A stretch of 56,887 bases of DNA, filler included, from Sphacelaria rigidula (GCA_964200075.2; 6 parts of 6 records of this genome joined end to end with filler, not necessarily neighbours in it), one strand, 5' to 3'. Counted from the first letter of the whole stretch, positions 35,415 through 49,000 are shown. Made by a program: numbers and translations. Notes: a model not told the origin generated them from the sequence alone.

Positions 35415-35735
35415 TTTTTGTCATTCTTCCAACCCCTCCCCTTCCTCGGGATGAGTGAGTCCCGTGGTCTCGAGAGATTTAACTACCCACGTCTTCCACG
35501 GTACATGCCTTGCGTTTTGGTAGTCGCGGATTGGATCATGACCAACATTCTCGCACCGCGTTAACTCTCGTCAAACAAGCTCGGTGAAACTCTTTCGCTA
35601 TGATACTCAATTATTAACGCTTTCAGCGACAGGAATCAAGTCAGACACTTGGTGAGAAAAAGTCAAACTAGGCGCATTTGGCGGGAATCTAACCCCCCTT
35701 CTTTTCACCGGAATGGTGTCAGTTGGATCATTTTA
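35415..35735 (-). mobile_element. SINE family B copy
   Basis: The reverse complement shares the gacg...cgcggtgcgagaatgttggtcatgatccaatccgcg core with the 6312 and 45010 copies. Confidence 0.65.
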
Positions 35736-36022
35736 ATTTAGATTTTCGGGGCACGACGGTAAATCTACAGAAAATGGCAGGGAGTGGAGTAAAATGTCAC
35801 GCAACGCGGAGCAGTGCAATGCAATAGACCCCGAGTTGGATTGGGGATTGATGTGGTTGATTGCCTGCTGGACTCGAACTGATGTTCCAGGAGTCATGAT
35901 CGAGCCGTGGTCATTATCCACACGATAGACGTACCCGATATAGGAACAAAATGGAAACGCTTGTTGAATAAGATTGAAGAAAAACAGAAAATGTAGAGCG
36001 AAGACAGAAGAGATGGGACTAC

Positions 36023-36486
36023 GGCCGCTCCTTGTAGCAAACAAAAAAAGGTCCCGTGAAAATGCCTGTTTGGTCCTTCTTCGTCGTTTTACGCCCTCTG
36101 AGAGAGCTAGTTGGAGTTTGACACCTTGGAGTGACTTGCTCTCCCTGATGAGACCGTTGCAGGGTATGCTCGCGTTGTCCGGTGGCCGCAGTTCTTATTT
36201 TGGCCAAATTTGCACTCTTGTCCAAAAAAGGTCAAGACCGGGTGAATCTGAAAAAAAATGCCGTTTTTCTCTGGACTTGACCGTCTGTGGACAAAATGCT
36301 TGTTTGGCGAAAATAAAAACTGCGGCCACCGGAAAACGCGAAGATGTCCTGGAACTGCGTCAACGAGTAGAGCAAGCCACTCCAAGGTGTCAAGCTCCGC
36401 TCGGCTCTCCTTTAGGGCGTGAAGCGACGAAGAAGGACGAAAAAAGCGTATTTGCAGGACTTTTTTGTTTGCTATAAGGAGCGGCC
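36023..36486. mobile_element. MITE family 2, full-length palindromic copy
   Basis: ggccgctccttgtagcaaac / gtttgctataaggagcggcc, with long inverted arms. Confidence 0.8.
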
Positions 36487-36489
36487 TAA

Positions 36490-36685
36490 GGCCGTGTCTT
36501 AGCATGTCATTTTTCGATCGAAACAGTGCGGTGGGTAAACAAATCCTGATCTCACAGGTCGTGATTTCAACCATCTTCAAAATTAGCGACGATGATTGAA
36601 ATTACGAAATTACGACCTATCAGATCGGGAATTTTGTTTTCCACCGCACAATTTTAATCGAAAATAATTGTGCTGAGCCACGCCG
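36490..36685. mobile_element. MITE family 4 copy
   Basis: taa|GGCCGTGTCTTAGCA...TGCTGAGCCACGCCG|taa. Confidence 0.8.
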
Positions 36686-37148
36686 TAAAAAAAAAAAAAA
36701 TGGGGAAGAAAAAGAAGGACCAGAACAAAACGAAGACAAGAAAGAAAAGTAGAGAGGTCCGAGTGTTGGAGAACATCTGAAACCCGTGATGAGAGGCGCA
36801 CTGAGCTGTGCTGCCTGTACGCGAGCGGGCTGAGATGGAACGGAATTCGAGTGGAACAAGTGTCTCTATTCGTTTAGCGTGGGTACAGTACTTTTATTTT
36901 GTGACCACAGGTGGATTTCGTTGCGAATCGCTCAAGGGTGCGACAACCGATGACTCGATTGCTCATCCCAAAATCTGGAACCGCTCAGAAGGTGTGTGCA
37001 CAAGTCAACTGTGTTTTGCGAAGGGAAATAGAGGTGGATAGGGAATCCGAGTTGGCTTGAGACCTGGAACCGATTACATCAGTGTTGCAGGATGTCTCGA
37101 ACAGTCAGGAGGGTGTGTGTGTGTATATGCTGTGCTTACTTCAAACAA

Positions 37149-37300
37149 ACGGAACGGAACGGAATGGAACGGAATGGGATGGGATTTGAGTTGAAGGATG
37201 TCTGAATTGGAGGAGATCTGAAGTTAGGGATATCTAAAGTGAAGGAGATCTGAAGTGAAAGATATCTGAAGTAAAGGGTATTTGAAGTTAAGGAGATCTG
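37149..37300. repeat. (GGAAC/GGAAT)n pentamers followed by ~16-bp gagatctgaagt repeats
   Basis: Visible tandem units. Confidence 0.7.
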
Positions 37301-37679
37301 GAACCGGCCAAATTTATGCGTCTTGTTTCTACATTTTCCAAGGAACGAAGAGTACTGGTGTCGCGGGCTGGTGGCTGAAAAAAATTAATCCCGTTCTGAA
37401 ACGAGTTGCGCACGTTTGCGAGGGTCCTTTTGTTTCCTTTTCTCGTATTTGTTTTTGCGATCCTCACAAGCTTCAAGGACTTGTTCGTGTAGAGCAACCC
37501 GCAGATGGTGGGATGGCTGCAATCTATCAGTGTTCCGACGGTAGAGTTCAGGTCTTGACGACCATCGTGTACATCTTGATCCATTTTGCCCGCACTAATT
37601 GTTCCAAATAGTTTTATCCTGGAGTCGGATTATACCTCGGTTAAGAATCGGGTATAGACGGTCGAAATTAGGTACTATT

Positions 37680-37893
37680 GTGTGTGTTGTGTGTGTGTTG
37701 TCCCATTTATTCTGGACGCCAGTCTACCCATTTCGGGATATGTGGGCGCCTCAACCGGGGTCACACAGGAAGAAGGTCAACACAGGAGCTTTGTATTTTT
37801 TTTGCTTTTAGTACCCCACCTTCCTTCTGCGGTGCTTTCCTTTATTTTTTATCGCGAGAGGGGTCCAGCAGTCCCTTTCCCTCGTCGACTGTG
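37680..37893 (-). mobile_element. SINE family A, 3' part, truncated by contig end
   Basis: The reverse complement aligns with 1774-1915 and ends in aataaa plus a (CA)n tail. Confidence 0.7.
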
Positions 37894-37993
37894 NNNNNNN
37901 NNNNNNNNNNNNNNNNNNNNNNNNNNNNNNNNNNNNNTTAATTAATTAANNNNNNNNNNNNNNNNNNNNNNNNNNNNNNNNNNNNNNNNNNNN
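37894..37993. other. Artificial contig spacer
   Basis: N44-TTAATTAATTAA-N44. Confidence 0.97.
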
Positions 37994-39217
37994 GTCTAGG
38001 TTTTGGTGGCTTGTTTTACAGCGCCGTTGCCACTCGACGCCAACCCAAGAGTCTAGAGGTGATGGAGGCTTAAGAGGGGGGGTACAGACATGACCTTGCA
38101 TGCCGAAGTCATATGACCGTTGATCCCGCACCCTTACAAAGCCAGGATGGAGCACGCCGGCTTCTCGCCGGACCAGAAGAAGGGGGGCGGGGTAATTCGC
38201 ATGAGTTGTATCACATACGGCAAACCTCGCGGGTGAACCAACCATTCAACCAAAAACTGATGAACCGCCCCCTTAACATGGTCCGGACATGACGAAAACA
38301 CACACACCGATACACACATGGGAGCAGCCTACTTGCGCATCATATCGTGTTACGGATCCGCGGGTGAACGGAAAACGAGGTCAGCTTCCCTTTCGTGAGA
38401 GACAAAGGTTTCGATCTTCGATCCTGTCTGCTCCTTTCGCGGTCTAGAGGTACCCGAATGAGCATGAAGCGAGGCAACGAGTCCAGCCATGGCCTGACTT
38501 TTCGCTCCACACGGGCTGGCACTGCCAGCTATCAGTGACACGTCGTGAACGGCATGGCACGTGACACATGTCATGCGAGGCCGCATGTGTTGGGACATGC
38601 GGCCTAACATTATGGGGGTAACGGGGGTACCTGCCAACAACACCCCCACAAAACCAATTTTTCCTTCCCCCGCCACGCTTTCAATTCCTGTCCTTCCGCG
38701 GGACGAGTCCGTGCGCAGCAACGTAGCAAGAGATCAACTTATTTGCCTCTCCCCCAACCTGGGCCTGCCTGATATTTTGGGATGGAGAGTTGGATCAGCA
38801 TTGCCGATACCGCGTCGACCGTGGTCCATATCCTTCGCTACCCACGTCCTAACGCCCTCACGCCTGCAACCACGGGGGCCAGATTTTGCTTGGAATAAAA
38901 ACACGCGTATATGTCGGGATTTCAAAATGCCAACATTTCCCCCTATTGATAGCCGGCTGCTTGTGTGCCCGCTACATAGCCGGAGCGCGGCAGCGCAAGG
39001 TGCATAGACTCTGTTTGCAGCTCCTTCAACTCTGCCTCAAACTCCCTGTCTTGTCATGTTCCGTCTCTCTTGCTCGTTCTCAGTTTTCGTTTTTTACTCC
39101 GCTTCGGTCTGTCTTTCTCTCGTCTCTCTTACGTATTCTCGCGTCTTCCTCGAGCGAGCGAAGTTGTCTCCGCTTTGTTCATACCTTCGGCACACATCTG
39201 CCTTGATCTCCCTTAAA

Positions 39218-39605
39218 TATGTGTGTTGTCTGTCTGTCTGTGTGTTGTCGTCCCATCTATTCTGGACGCCGGTCTACACCTTTCGGTACATGTGGACGCA
39301 CCAGCCGGGGCCACACAGGAGTGAGGCTAACACATGAGTTTTTTTTTCTTCTCTTTGGTTTATTCTGGTACTCTGCCTTTCTTCTGCGGTGCTTACCTTT
39401 TTTAATCAATCGCGAGAGGGATTCAGCGGTTCATTTCCCTTGTTGACCATCAAGTCGAATGTTGTGTACCCACGCGAAAGTCGCTCTCCACTGTTGGGCA
39501 TTCATTGTGTGGGTACAAAAAAACCCAGATCGCTCCGAGATTTGAACCCACGACCCAACCGTCAGAAGATTTCGAGGTAAGCAACTGAGCCACCGGGGTG
39601 GCCGG
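39218..39605 (-). mobile_element. SINE family A, full-length copy
   Basis: The head at 39525-39605 is the reverse complement of 1627-1710, and the tail is at 39218-39270. Confidence 0.8.
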
Positions 39606-39718
39606 CTGAGTATGAATCGGCTGATGTGCGACAATCAATCTATGAATCAACCCATCAACCAATCGATTAACCTAACCCCCAAACCAAGGCACCACGACGC
39701 GGCAAAATACATCCTCAC

Positions 39719-39870
39719 CTTGGGGGGCATCAGCATTTCTGCGTCCGCCACATTCATCACCTCAGTGACGCACACGGGATACATGCAAAAGGCAACTTTC
39801 CACGCTGGACCCTCCGACCCGCCGGGGACCACAAGATTCCGCAGCTCCTCCGATCCTCGAATACCCCCCA
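39719..39870 (-). CDS. DUF1015-family protein, exon near the C-terminus
   Basis: VGGIRGSEEL...KVAFCMYPVCVTEVMNVADAEMLMPPK matches the DUF1015 GGIRG...AD..MPPK motifs. The phase-1 acceptor matches the 45480 donor. Confidence 0.85.
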
Positions 39871-40789
39871 CTGCGAAGTTTTTTTTTTGAAAGCACGTTG
39901 CATGTACAAGCACACGGCAAAGACGGCACGCAGTTGAGGTTCCACTTTTTGCGACCTTCCGATTTAATTCAGGATCCCCGATACAGACACAGCGTCTGTT
40001 TGAACACAACGCGGGCACTGTAATCGCGCCAAATCTAGACGATCTTTCAAGGTCAGAGGGAAATAGGGGAGGGGGCGAGGCATCCAAATGCGCTGAAATG
40101 TCTTTAAATATGTGCGTCTTGCGTGCTCTTTCACTGAAAGAAAGGGCCTCGATCACTCTCCGTTCATTCGAAACGAACGGTCACTGGCTTTCATAAGCCC
40201 TATTTTTCTATCCGCGAGGGTTCTCCACTCTACAGAGTGACACCTGCTCATGTACCTCGGGTAGGTACATACAATATGCGCAAAAAACTAGCAGCCATGA
40301 CGAACAAGAACACCACGAGTAGTTCGCCATTCTTACATGCAGCCTACCAGGGTTTTTTTCCTTGTTTTCGTTCTTTTGTTGTGGAGTCCACGCCGCTCCG
40401 CTCGCCATTCCTTTTTTTTTCCTTCTAGTTCTTGCCTGTTTTCACCCCGAGTGTTTTGTCGACGAGCGCTTCCGTTTTACTTGCCTTGCGGGCATACGGT
40501 CTATCTTACGGTTGTCTTGTGGATACTGCGTGATCCATCGTCAATAACTCAATGTGCGCCACAATCATTCAATCCGAATCCATCAACCATATGAATACTG
40601 TACGGACCATTATCGCACAGCTGCAGTCTTTCTCTCTCCCTCTCTATAGTGTATGTACAGAATATTTTGAACTCACCAGCGTCAAGTATACTTTGTAACG
40701 AGGCGTCCACGAGGTTTAGTGCTGATTTAGTGTGAAAGTTCCTCCGCCCCCGCCCCGAGAGATGACTGTTCAGGCCAATGTCGATGCTA

Positions 40790-41650
40790 GGGGTCTATAG
40801 CCCGGATTCGTACTGGAATTCGTGTGTGGGGGTACACCTGCGTTCGCGACCGTTCGAACGGACGCGAGATCGCGGTGGTCCTGCCATGTTTCCGAAGCAG
40901 ATGGTTACTTGGTGCAAGCAATCTATCTATGTTGGAGTACAGGAAGTGCATAACGACATCAAGAACAGAGAGTTCACGGCGCTGATTGTCGGTGGGTGGG
41001 TGCACCGACAGCTTCTCGCACACAAGGAGGAACGTGGACCGAAGTCTAGTGCAATACGGCGCTGAATGCTGGCGTTGTGTTGTCTCAGTCTGGAGTTGAA
41101 AGCTTCCGACGCAGATGGTTGCCGGTGCAAGGGATGCAAAAAATAGTACAGTGCCGACAAAACCGCAGGCAGCGAGAGGAGGTCATGGATTGAATCGGAA
41201 TCAATTTCACATCAAAAATGTATACATGACCGAGATGGACTACCCCCCCCGGTGTGATGGTCAAATACTGACAGTAAGAATAGCAGTACGCTTTCAGTCA
41301 AGACGATCACGAGTATAGAGACGACTGTTGTTGTGATCTTCGAACGTGACGACCGCATGCGAACATATACGATTCAGCATGTGGCCCTGTCTTCTCTGAC
41401 TTTGGACGTTGGAGACTCCACCACCTCGGTATATTGAGGGGTATATACCTCTCGGACAGTCGTCCTGTACCGCGAGGTTTTTCTCGGAGGCCGTCTATGT
41501 GGAACAAACGTTCTACTTGCCTGCCGAGGCCAAGTCGCTCTTTTGACAGTACAGTACGAAACAAAGTTGAACCGTCGTGTATACTCCAAGTAGAAAACGG
41601 GGCGCAGACTCTGATCTTGCCCTCAATCGTTGTCGGAACAAGCTAACAAT
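40790..41650 (-). mobile_element. Highly degraded Copia-like reverse transcriptase fragment
   Basis: LSVLDVVMHFLYSNID resembles the LDVxxAFL motif. Downstream similarity is weak. Confidence 0.35.
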
Positions 41651-44399
41651 GTCACCAATGTCTCACGATGTGTCCACTGAGCCAGCACATGGTCACGATC
41701 ATGCACTAAGCTCGTCTGCGAGAACTTCTACTCATCTATGTATCCTGCACGAGGGCGGCGACTGCCCGGGCACCCAATGCTCCGGTATTTTTCATACTCA
41801 CTTTTACCTATCGTCCATACCCGTTCACGTGGTTTATACTGGAATGAGTGTATAATGCCCGCATCTGCCCGCACCCGAGCTTCTCATACAATAAATAATA
41901 TTTTTGGAATTATGATAATATATCCAAAGTTGAGCATTTATATAAGATGATATTCGGCCCTCACGCTTCGAAGAAGATGCGCGTGTGTTCTGCAGGTGAA
42001 AGGTACACTAGTGGACGTGTAAGAAGTTTGTTGATGTTCGAACCCTGTCCTATTTTTGCTCGTAGTGCGTGAGTAGAACACTGTTTCTTGACACCGGGAG
42101 TTGAGTTCGAGTCCCGGGTCGCGATTTTTTTCCCTGCTAGTGGTACCGTAAGAACACAATCTTTCTACACCGGGAGTCGATTATGTCTTCCACTGCAATC
42201 TTCGCACTTACTCCTATCATTCATACCCGCGATCCTATTCCTCGTCTCGCAAATTTTGTTCCAATCATCACAATCACGCTTTCCCACTTCCATCAACCAA
42301 CATCGTCTTCTATGTACAAAAAACACAATAACCTCGAAGACATCGGTGCGAGCGGAGGGAATGCTACGACATATCGACCGTTGCCCTCTTCCTCAGTCCC
42401 GCCGCAATCTTTTTCCTATGCACTTTTCCTCATTGTTCCACCCGCAATGCAAGACTTTTTCTCGTAAGACGTCTTATTTCTTCCACAAACATGAAAAAAT
42501 TGTGACCGAGAATCATTTCTCACTAGATAGAGCTGAGCAAGGCAAGAGTACCGCGACCCTCCAAGAAGATGGGCGGGACCGGGCCGGCAAATAATGACTC
42601 GAGCACACGAGTCATGCTCGTTGTGTTTTCAAAAAACATCCACGAGTGCACTCGTTTCGGCAAGTTATGACTCGCCCGATGCATCAATCACTTCTCACGA
42701 GAGCTTGGCAAGGCATGAATACCGCGACACTCCAAAAAGACGGATGGAAGCGGGGCGATAGCCCCGGTCCCGAACGGCTTGTATATATATATAATGCTGT
42801 GAAAAGATGGTTCCTCGACAGACACTTGTGGAAACTTGTGGTGGTTCCCAAATCAACCCCTCTTTCATAAATCTCTTGGAGGTGGTGTAGGAGTGACCTT
42901 CTACGCCGGCTAGCGGTTATTGGAATCTTGCTTTTTACTTCACCCATCTTCTACGTGTGTTGCGCCATCCAACCAACAATCGCCACGGGAGATTTTCCGC
43001 GAGTGTTAAACTCTGCTTCAGAGGATATCTTTCATTTTTTTGCGCTCCCACCATATAAGTGGGATCCGGGACTCGAAACCGGGACCTTATGCTCGTGAAG
43101 CGTACGTATTGGAGCTATCTCAAGTTGTCGCCAGTGTGAAAATATGATTTCTCGACAGACATTTGTGGGAATTTGTCCTTTCCATGTGGTGGTTCCCACA
43201 ATGCCCCACAACTGGAAACCCACCAGTACATCAACACATCAATACATCAATACATCATTAGATTAGGGGCACTCTGGTCCCACGGAAGACTGACTCGCTC
43301 CTGCAAGAGTCATGCTCCAAAATTTCGTCGACTTATGCGGTGTGAAACAGATGCACAAGTTGCTTGCTGAAAGCAAAGAAACAGTGTGTTGTGGCGGTGT
43401 GGTGCTCCTCTTGGAATGCGGTCAATTTTTGCTTGCACTGTAGACCAGTATGTACAGTACACTAAATTAAAACACAAGACCATGCCGCAAAAACTACGTC
43501 ACGTTTGAGGTGGATGGCAACTTCGTAGCACATGTATATGAACATTTATGTATACATACATATACATGCATACATGAACCATACATTTACATACATACAT
43601 GCACAATACACATACGTATACGTGCATACATATGCATACAAATACACATGCATACATACAAGGTTCCCCTTCGGGAGGTTGATACGGGCCTCCCGGGGGT
43701 GACGCAAGTCGAAAATATGTGGTAAAGAGAGGTTGTATCTCAATATACAGTACAGTTGTAGAGATTGTGGCTGTACAAAACATCGCATGTGTTATCGGGT
43801 GTCGGTCGGAAATATGGGAGATTCGAGAGCCGCCGGCGTCGGACATGTACGGTATTTCGGAGGTGCCAGAGTGCGAAGTAGCTCTCGTGCCACACAGGCA
43901 TGACAGCGGGAGACAACTCCCGAAAAATTGGAATGCGTGGAACATTCTTCGCATGTTCTTTGCACATTACTGTCGCTTTAATATCACCTGACCTTTTTTA
44001 AAACGGCCGGCGTATATCTGCCTGTACAGGCGGGTTCTGAGACTCTGCCTGTATGATAGAACCAGTTCCACAACACGTTCGAGCAGACCCACCAGTCTAA
44101 GAACGAACATACTTTTAAATTTACCCACGACGCTCAATAGAGACGACGCACCATATTGCGCGCGCAGCATATGGCACACGCACACGCACAGCACTATATA
44201 AAGCACACGGAGAGAGGGACGAATCATCACAAGCAGCCCTCTAATCCATTGGACACGCTTCGCTGGGAGGCAACCTATCTGCTTTTATATGTACAGATTG
44301 GTTGTTTTCGGTTGACTACAACGCATACTACGGTGAATACTGTAATGTATTGGGATGACTGCAGCGTGTATACTGTTCTCAAAGCCCTGGACACAACAA

Positions 44400-44839
44400 A
44401 TTTTACCGTCGGCATAGATGTAGGATTAAATAAATCGCACTACTCTTTTTTTTGTACCTATTACGAGGCCAGAGTGTGCTGAACCATCTCCTTTTGTGTG
44501 TACAAGTTGATTGCTTTTGGAACATGTATCCTCGCTCAGACACAACGATACCCCAATGTATCGTACTGACTGCAGCATGTGTTGGACTCGAAGCCCTGGA
44601 ACATGACACGTTCAACTGCCCGCATAAATGTCTCCGGTGGTGTCGCTATGAAAAGGATGCCCAAGGCTACTGTTGTTCCCCGCTGTCGTGTTTCCGACAA
44701 CCGTGCCAGTCCTCCCCACACACCCACGACTATGTTGAGGCGTGTAACGTCTGAGGAGCATGTATGTACCGGAAACAAACAATCTGTACACACTCAAGTA
44801 TATAGATGGTAGATGGTTAAGCGCTCTTTATGGGATTGG

Positions 44840-44875
<36 letters not shown>

Positions 44876-44960
44876 ACGCACGAAAATATGCCCTGTCGCC
44901 AGGGAAAACTCGGCAAACGTGGTGAAAAATGTAAAATGTAAAATGGTACATGTACATACA
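44400..44960 (+). mobile_element. LINE-like 3' fragment
   Basis: ACVGLEALEHDTFNCP is zinc-knuckle-like. 44880-44955 is the reverse complement of 33030-33105 and ends in a microsatellite. Confidence 0.4.
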
Positions 44961-45009
44961 CATGCACAAATGCATACACATACACATACACACATTTAGA
45001 TGAGTACAT

Positions 45010-45337
45010 GGCCCCGGTGGTGTAATGGATCGGCTGTCGCCATTAGGGTGGAGAGAACGAGGATTTGATTCCCGATGCATTGAGTTTTTCCTTCGTTGTC
45101 TCTGACTTACACTGTGGACAGCGTGAAAACGTGCGTGAACAAAGCATTATACTCGACTGAGTTTGTTTGACGTGAATTGACGCAGTGCGGGAATGCTGGT
45201 CATGATCCAATCCGCGAGACCAAAATGCAAGGCGTGTACCGGGGAGAGATGGGTTGATCCCTTGACGCCCAGACTCATCCCGAGGAAGGGGAGGGCTTCA
45301 AAGTGCGACAAATAATGAAGTAAAAAAAAAAAAAAAT
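45010..45337 (+). mobile_element. SINE family B copy
   Basis: Colinear with 6312-6630, with a poly-A tail. Confidence 0.8.
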
Positions 45338-45479
45338 GCATAGATACACAAAGACACACATATATACACGCACACCTTTGTACAGAAGTCGTCATGCCGC
45401 TGTGGCCAACCCAGCAAACCAACCGAATCGATCCAACAAGACCACAAGAAATACCGGGAGTGACGGGGAGGAATCTTAC

Positions 45480-45735
45480 CGTACTTGATCCTCTCGTCGG
45501 TCCGGGGGTTCCCGATGTTGAGGATGGGGTTCAGCAAGTTGTCGTACAGGATCTGCACGTCTAGGCTCTTTACCGGGTCATCCTTGGGGTACGTGCCCTC
45601 CCGAATCACCAGCGTGTACCACGACCCTGCCAGGCACATGCCGACGCTCCGCTTGGCCTCCGGCTCGACCTTGCCGTCCTCCGGAATCTTGGACACACTG
45701 AAGTTCACAGATACCCTTTCGAGAAATTCTTCCTC
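45480..45735 (-). CDS. DUF1015-family protein, internal exon
   Basis: EEEFLERV...GMCLAGSWYTL...DDPVKSLDVQILYDNLLNPILNIGNPRTDERIKY. Bounded by aacag| and |gtaaga. Confidence 0.88.
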
Positions 45736-46210
45736 CTGTTGTGTTATCGAGTGAGCGGATTAAAGAAAACATGGAACATTAACAAATTTGAACAAAAAAA
45801 CAAAAAAGAGCAACACTTTCGCCACACCGCACAGAGCAACAGGAAATGATGATACATGAAGCATATAAATATATAGCGCAAGAAGAAAAAATAAAGAAAG
45901 AAAAACTTACGTGCAAATTTCCAAGCATGACGAATTACAGAAGTCAGCCACAGCAAGTGACGTATCAAAGCATGACGATATGAAATAACTGAAAAACTGA
46001 AATACATGAGAAAGAGACTATATGAGTGAAAAATTGGGTAGTTAAACAATAAGTAAATGAGTAAATAAGTAGATAAATACCTGAGTGACTGAACAACTAC
46101 ATATAACTACCAAAAAAACGAAATAGATACTTAACGAAGAAACGAAGTAGCGAAGTAACGAAGCAACGAAGTAACAACGAACTACGTAAATCAAGAGAAA
46201 CCGAGCTTAC

Positions 46211-46364
46211 CGTAAAGCCTGCGAGGTCGCGAACGACTCGGTTGTACTCCATGCACAGCAGCTGATTCGCCGGAAACAGCACAGCAAGGAAAAAGTTGTA
46301 GGCTTCTTCCCCCGTCACCGTCTCCCCCCTCTGCACTGCCTCCTTGATCTTCATTTCGCCCACC
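46211..46364 (-). CDS. DUF1015-family protein, internal exon
   Basis: GEEAYNFFLAVLFPANQLLCMEYNRVVRDLAGFT contains the DUF1015 YNRVV motif. Bounded by taacag| and |gtaagc. Confidence 0.88.
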
Positions 46365-46709
46365 CTGTTATTTATTTCAATTTTCCTCTTTTCGTGTCAT
46401 GCATTATTGCCATTACACAGTACACGTTACATCCTTCCCTTGATTCAAGCGTCCATGCACATTGGAACCATTTAAAACTGATAAACACAAATAACACAGG
46501 ATAAGTGACTGTGACTCATGGGACGCAAACCAAGAAAAAAAGAAAAAAAAAAAAGGGGACGAGTACGTACGCACGTAGTGTGATGGGAAAAGAAACAATG
46601 TCTGGAGAAGATCAAAATATACATTGGTACTACTCCGCATCCATACTAAAGTCATCTCATTCTTGTCTTAGAGGGTAAGGATTGGTCTTAGACTCACACT
46701 TAGAGTGAT

Positions 46710-46880
46710 CGTTACTATAGAAACGACGACGTGAGTAGAAAAAAAAAATACAGAGTCGACGCTGTGCGAGAGCACTGATCCGACCCGCGATGTCAAAACA
46801 TAAAGGCATGTGCCGTGGGAGAGTATGATAAGTTGATTCCTTCGACACCACGGAATCATCCCATTTGAAAAAAAAAAGAG
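46710..46880 (+). mobile_element. SINE family B core and 3' fragment
   Basis: gtcgacgctgtgcgagagcactgatccgacccgcga...caccacgga plus an A tail. Confidence 0.5.
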
Positions 46881-47390
46881 AGGGTTCACCAGTTCAGCGA
46901 AAAAAAATCACACAAAAACACATACATGCAATACAACCACGAAAACGGAGCACAAAGCAAACACCAGGGTATTACAGTGACCTACGATGGCAACATCTGC
47001 ATGCACGCCTCCGACCACAAGAAACAGAACAAACAAGGCATGTATATATATATATACATATATTCGTTTTTTTCCTCACGAGCAGCAACATCTTCAGTTT
47101 TTCCAAGGTAAAGAGAACATACTCACGTAACGTCACATAACATAGAGTCACGTAACGTACCACCCCCTTCGGAACAAATCGAAATCACTCCCCGATACAC
47201 GCCTTGCATTCTGGTTTCGTGGATTGGATCATGACCAGCACTCCCGCACCGCGTCAACTCTCGTCAGACAGACTCAGTTACGCTCGTTCAGCACAAGGCT
47301 GCTACCCCCCCCCCCCCCCCCCCCCCCTCCGGCCCCGCCCCCGCCCCCAACGAGCGAACCCCCGCCGCCCCCAAGAACGGCTCGCGACGG

Positions 47391-47490
47391 NNNNNNNNNN
47401 NNNNNNNNNNNNNNNNNNNNNNNNNNNNNNNNNNTTAATTAATTAANNNNNNNNNNNNNNNNNNNNNNNNNNNNNNNNNNNNNNNNNNNN
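47391..47490. other. Artificial contig spacer
   Basis: N44-TTAATTAATTAA-N44. Confidence 0.97.
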
Positions 47491-48119
47491 AAAGCGAATG
47501 ATCAAAGCCACTCTCAATCGTATCATCTACTCTCAATCTCACGAAAACACTCTTATTGTTGCTCCGGTGTCTGAAGCCATAATATGTATCTCCTTCGCAC
47601 ATTCGAAACGGTTCTGACCAGGTGAGAGGAGGATGGTTTCGTTGGCTTCCTTGGGTTTCATTTAAGAAAATGTCCCAAAGTTATTCGGACTCTCTCGGAA
47701 TGCAAAAAAAAAAAATGCTTTCATGAGAAGTAAAGTGCCGCCGTTGGTTCTCAGAAAATATTTCCTGTTGTCGGAAATGTTTTACAGATAGGCGAGAATA
47801 TCCCTGCCCCTCGTGAATTTTGGTGGGACCCGAAAAAACTCCGTCATCGTTTTCTTCCACGATGAGGGTATCCGATGAAAAGCGCCTTCTTTCCTCAGCT
47901 GATAAGGGCCCTTTCGAAGATATGGAAGAAGATTCATATCGCACTAGACACCGGGGCGACAATGCACAACAAGGTAAGCTGGTGGAACTTGCGATAGGCA
48001 AAAAACTCCTCAGTTGGTTGTTTTTGCAAAACTTTCTCGGAAGGCGATTTCGATCCCATTTGAGTGTTCAACCTCATTTTTCAGGATCCTTTGTTTGACT
48101 GTCTACTTAGCCAGTAGGA

Positions 48120-49000
48120 AGTCCAGGCGAGTCTCTGACTGTTCAGTCAGACATGGGTGCTTGCAGGTGTGATTTGTGAAGAATGATCTATGCAGGAGAT
48201 AGATCCTACGAGTTTATTTGAGTTAATGTTCGAATCCCGACGCCAGCGATACAGCAGCGATTCGTTGGACACTGACAAGATGGCCCCTCTTGATCAGGAA
48301 CGAACAGGTTTGGAAGGGATTGTTCGGGATGATCTTGACTTTTTCCCTCTCGCAACGAATTCGCGGCTGCTAGGAGATGATGACACGGTAGGCGTACTCC
48401 AGAGAGTTGATGAGCCCATCTCTGTGCACAACGTCTGGGGACTCCCCCTTCGTGAAGTGTGTCAGCCGGTGGAGTTCGCGAATATTAGTTGCAGCAGTAA
48501 GCGCACCTGGCGACGAGCCATTTGCGTTGGGGTTGTTGAGATATTCCGCCTACTACTGGTGTACAGTAGCGCAGACCGCAGATGACAGGCAGTGTATCAA
48601 TGTCGGCGCGATGCACGAGGCATGGCTTCAGGGAAATATGTCAGCCACAAGCCTCCCAGACACGAAATAGGCGTGAAAGGTTTAGACGAACAAGAAGGAA
48701 GTGACCTAATAATACCCATGTGTACCGAATTGATCAACCATGCAACATAATATGCTGTCCTGCACATTTTTCACCAAACATTCTAAAGATCCATCCGCCC
48801 AAATAACCGAGACAACAGTGACTTTATGTTTTTTCTGTTTCAGCATTTGAATCCATCTACTCGATGCCACCGGGGGTTAGACCTGTTAACATGGCCATCC
48901 GCAGCATTGCCCCCGTCTGATTCGGAAGAGATCGCTCCCCCGGACGAGGTTGGAGTTTTCGATGAAGGTCTCAACTGGTGAAACGTCTGCCGGGCGCGCA
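48120..49000 (-). mobile_element. Copia integrase-RT linker relic
   Basis: The - strand reads IRELHRLTHFTKGESPDVVH...SLEYAY...KVKIIPN, with stops. Confidence 0.45.
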
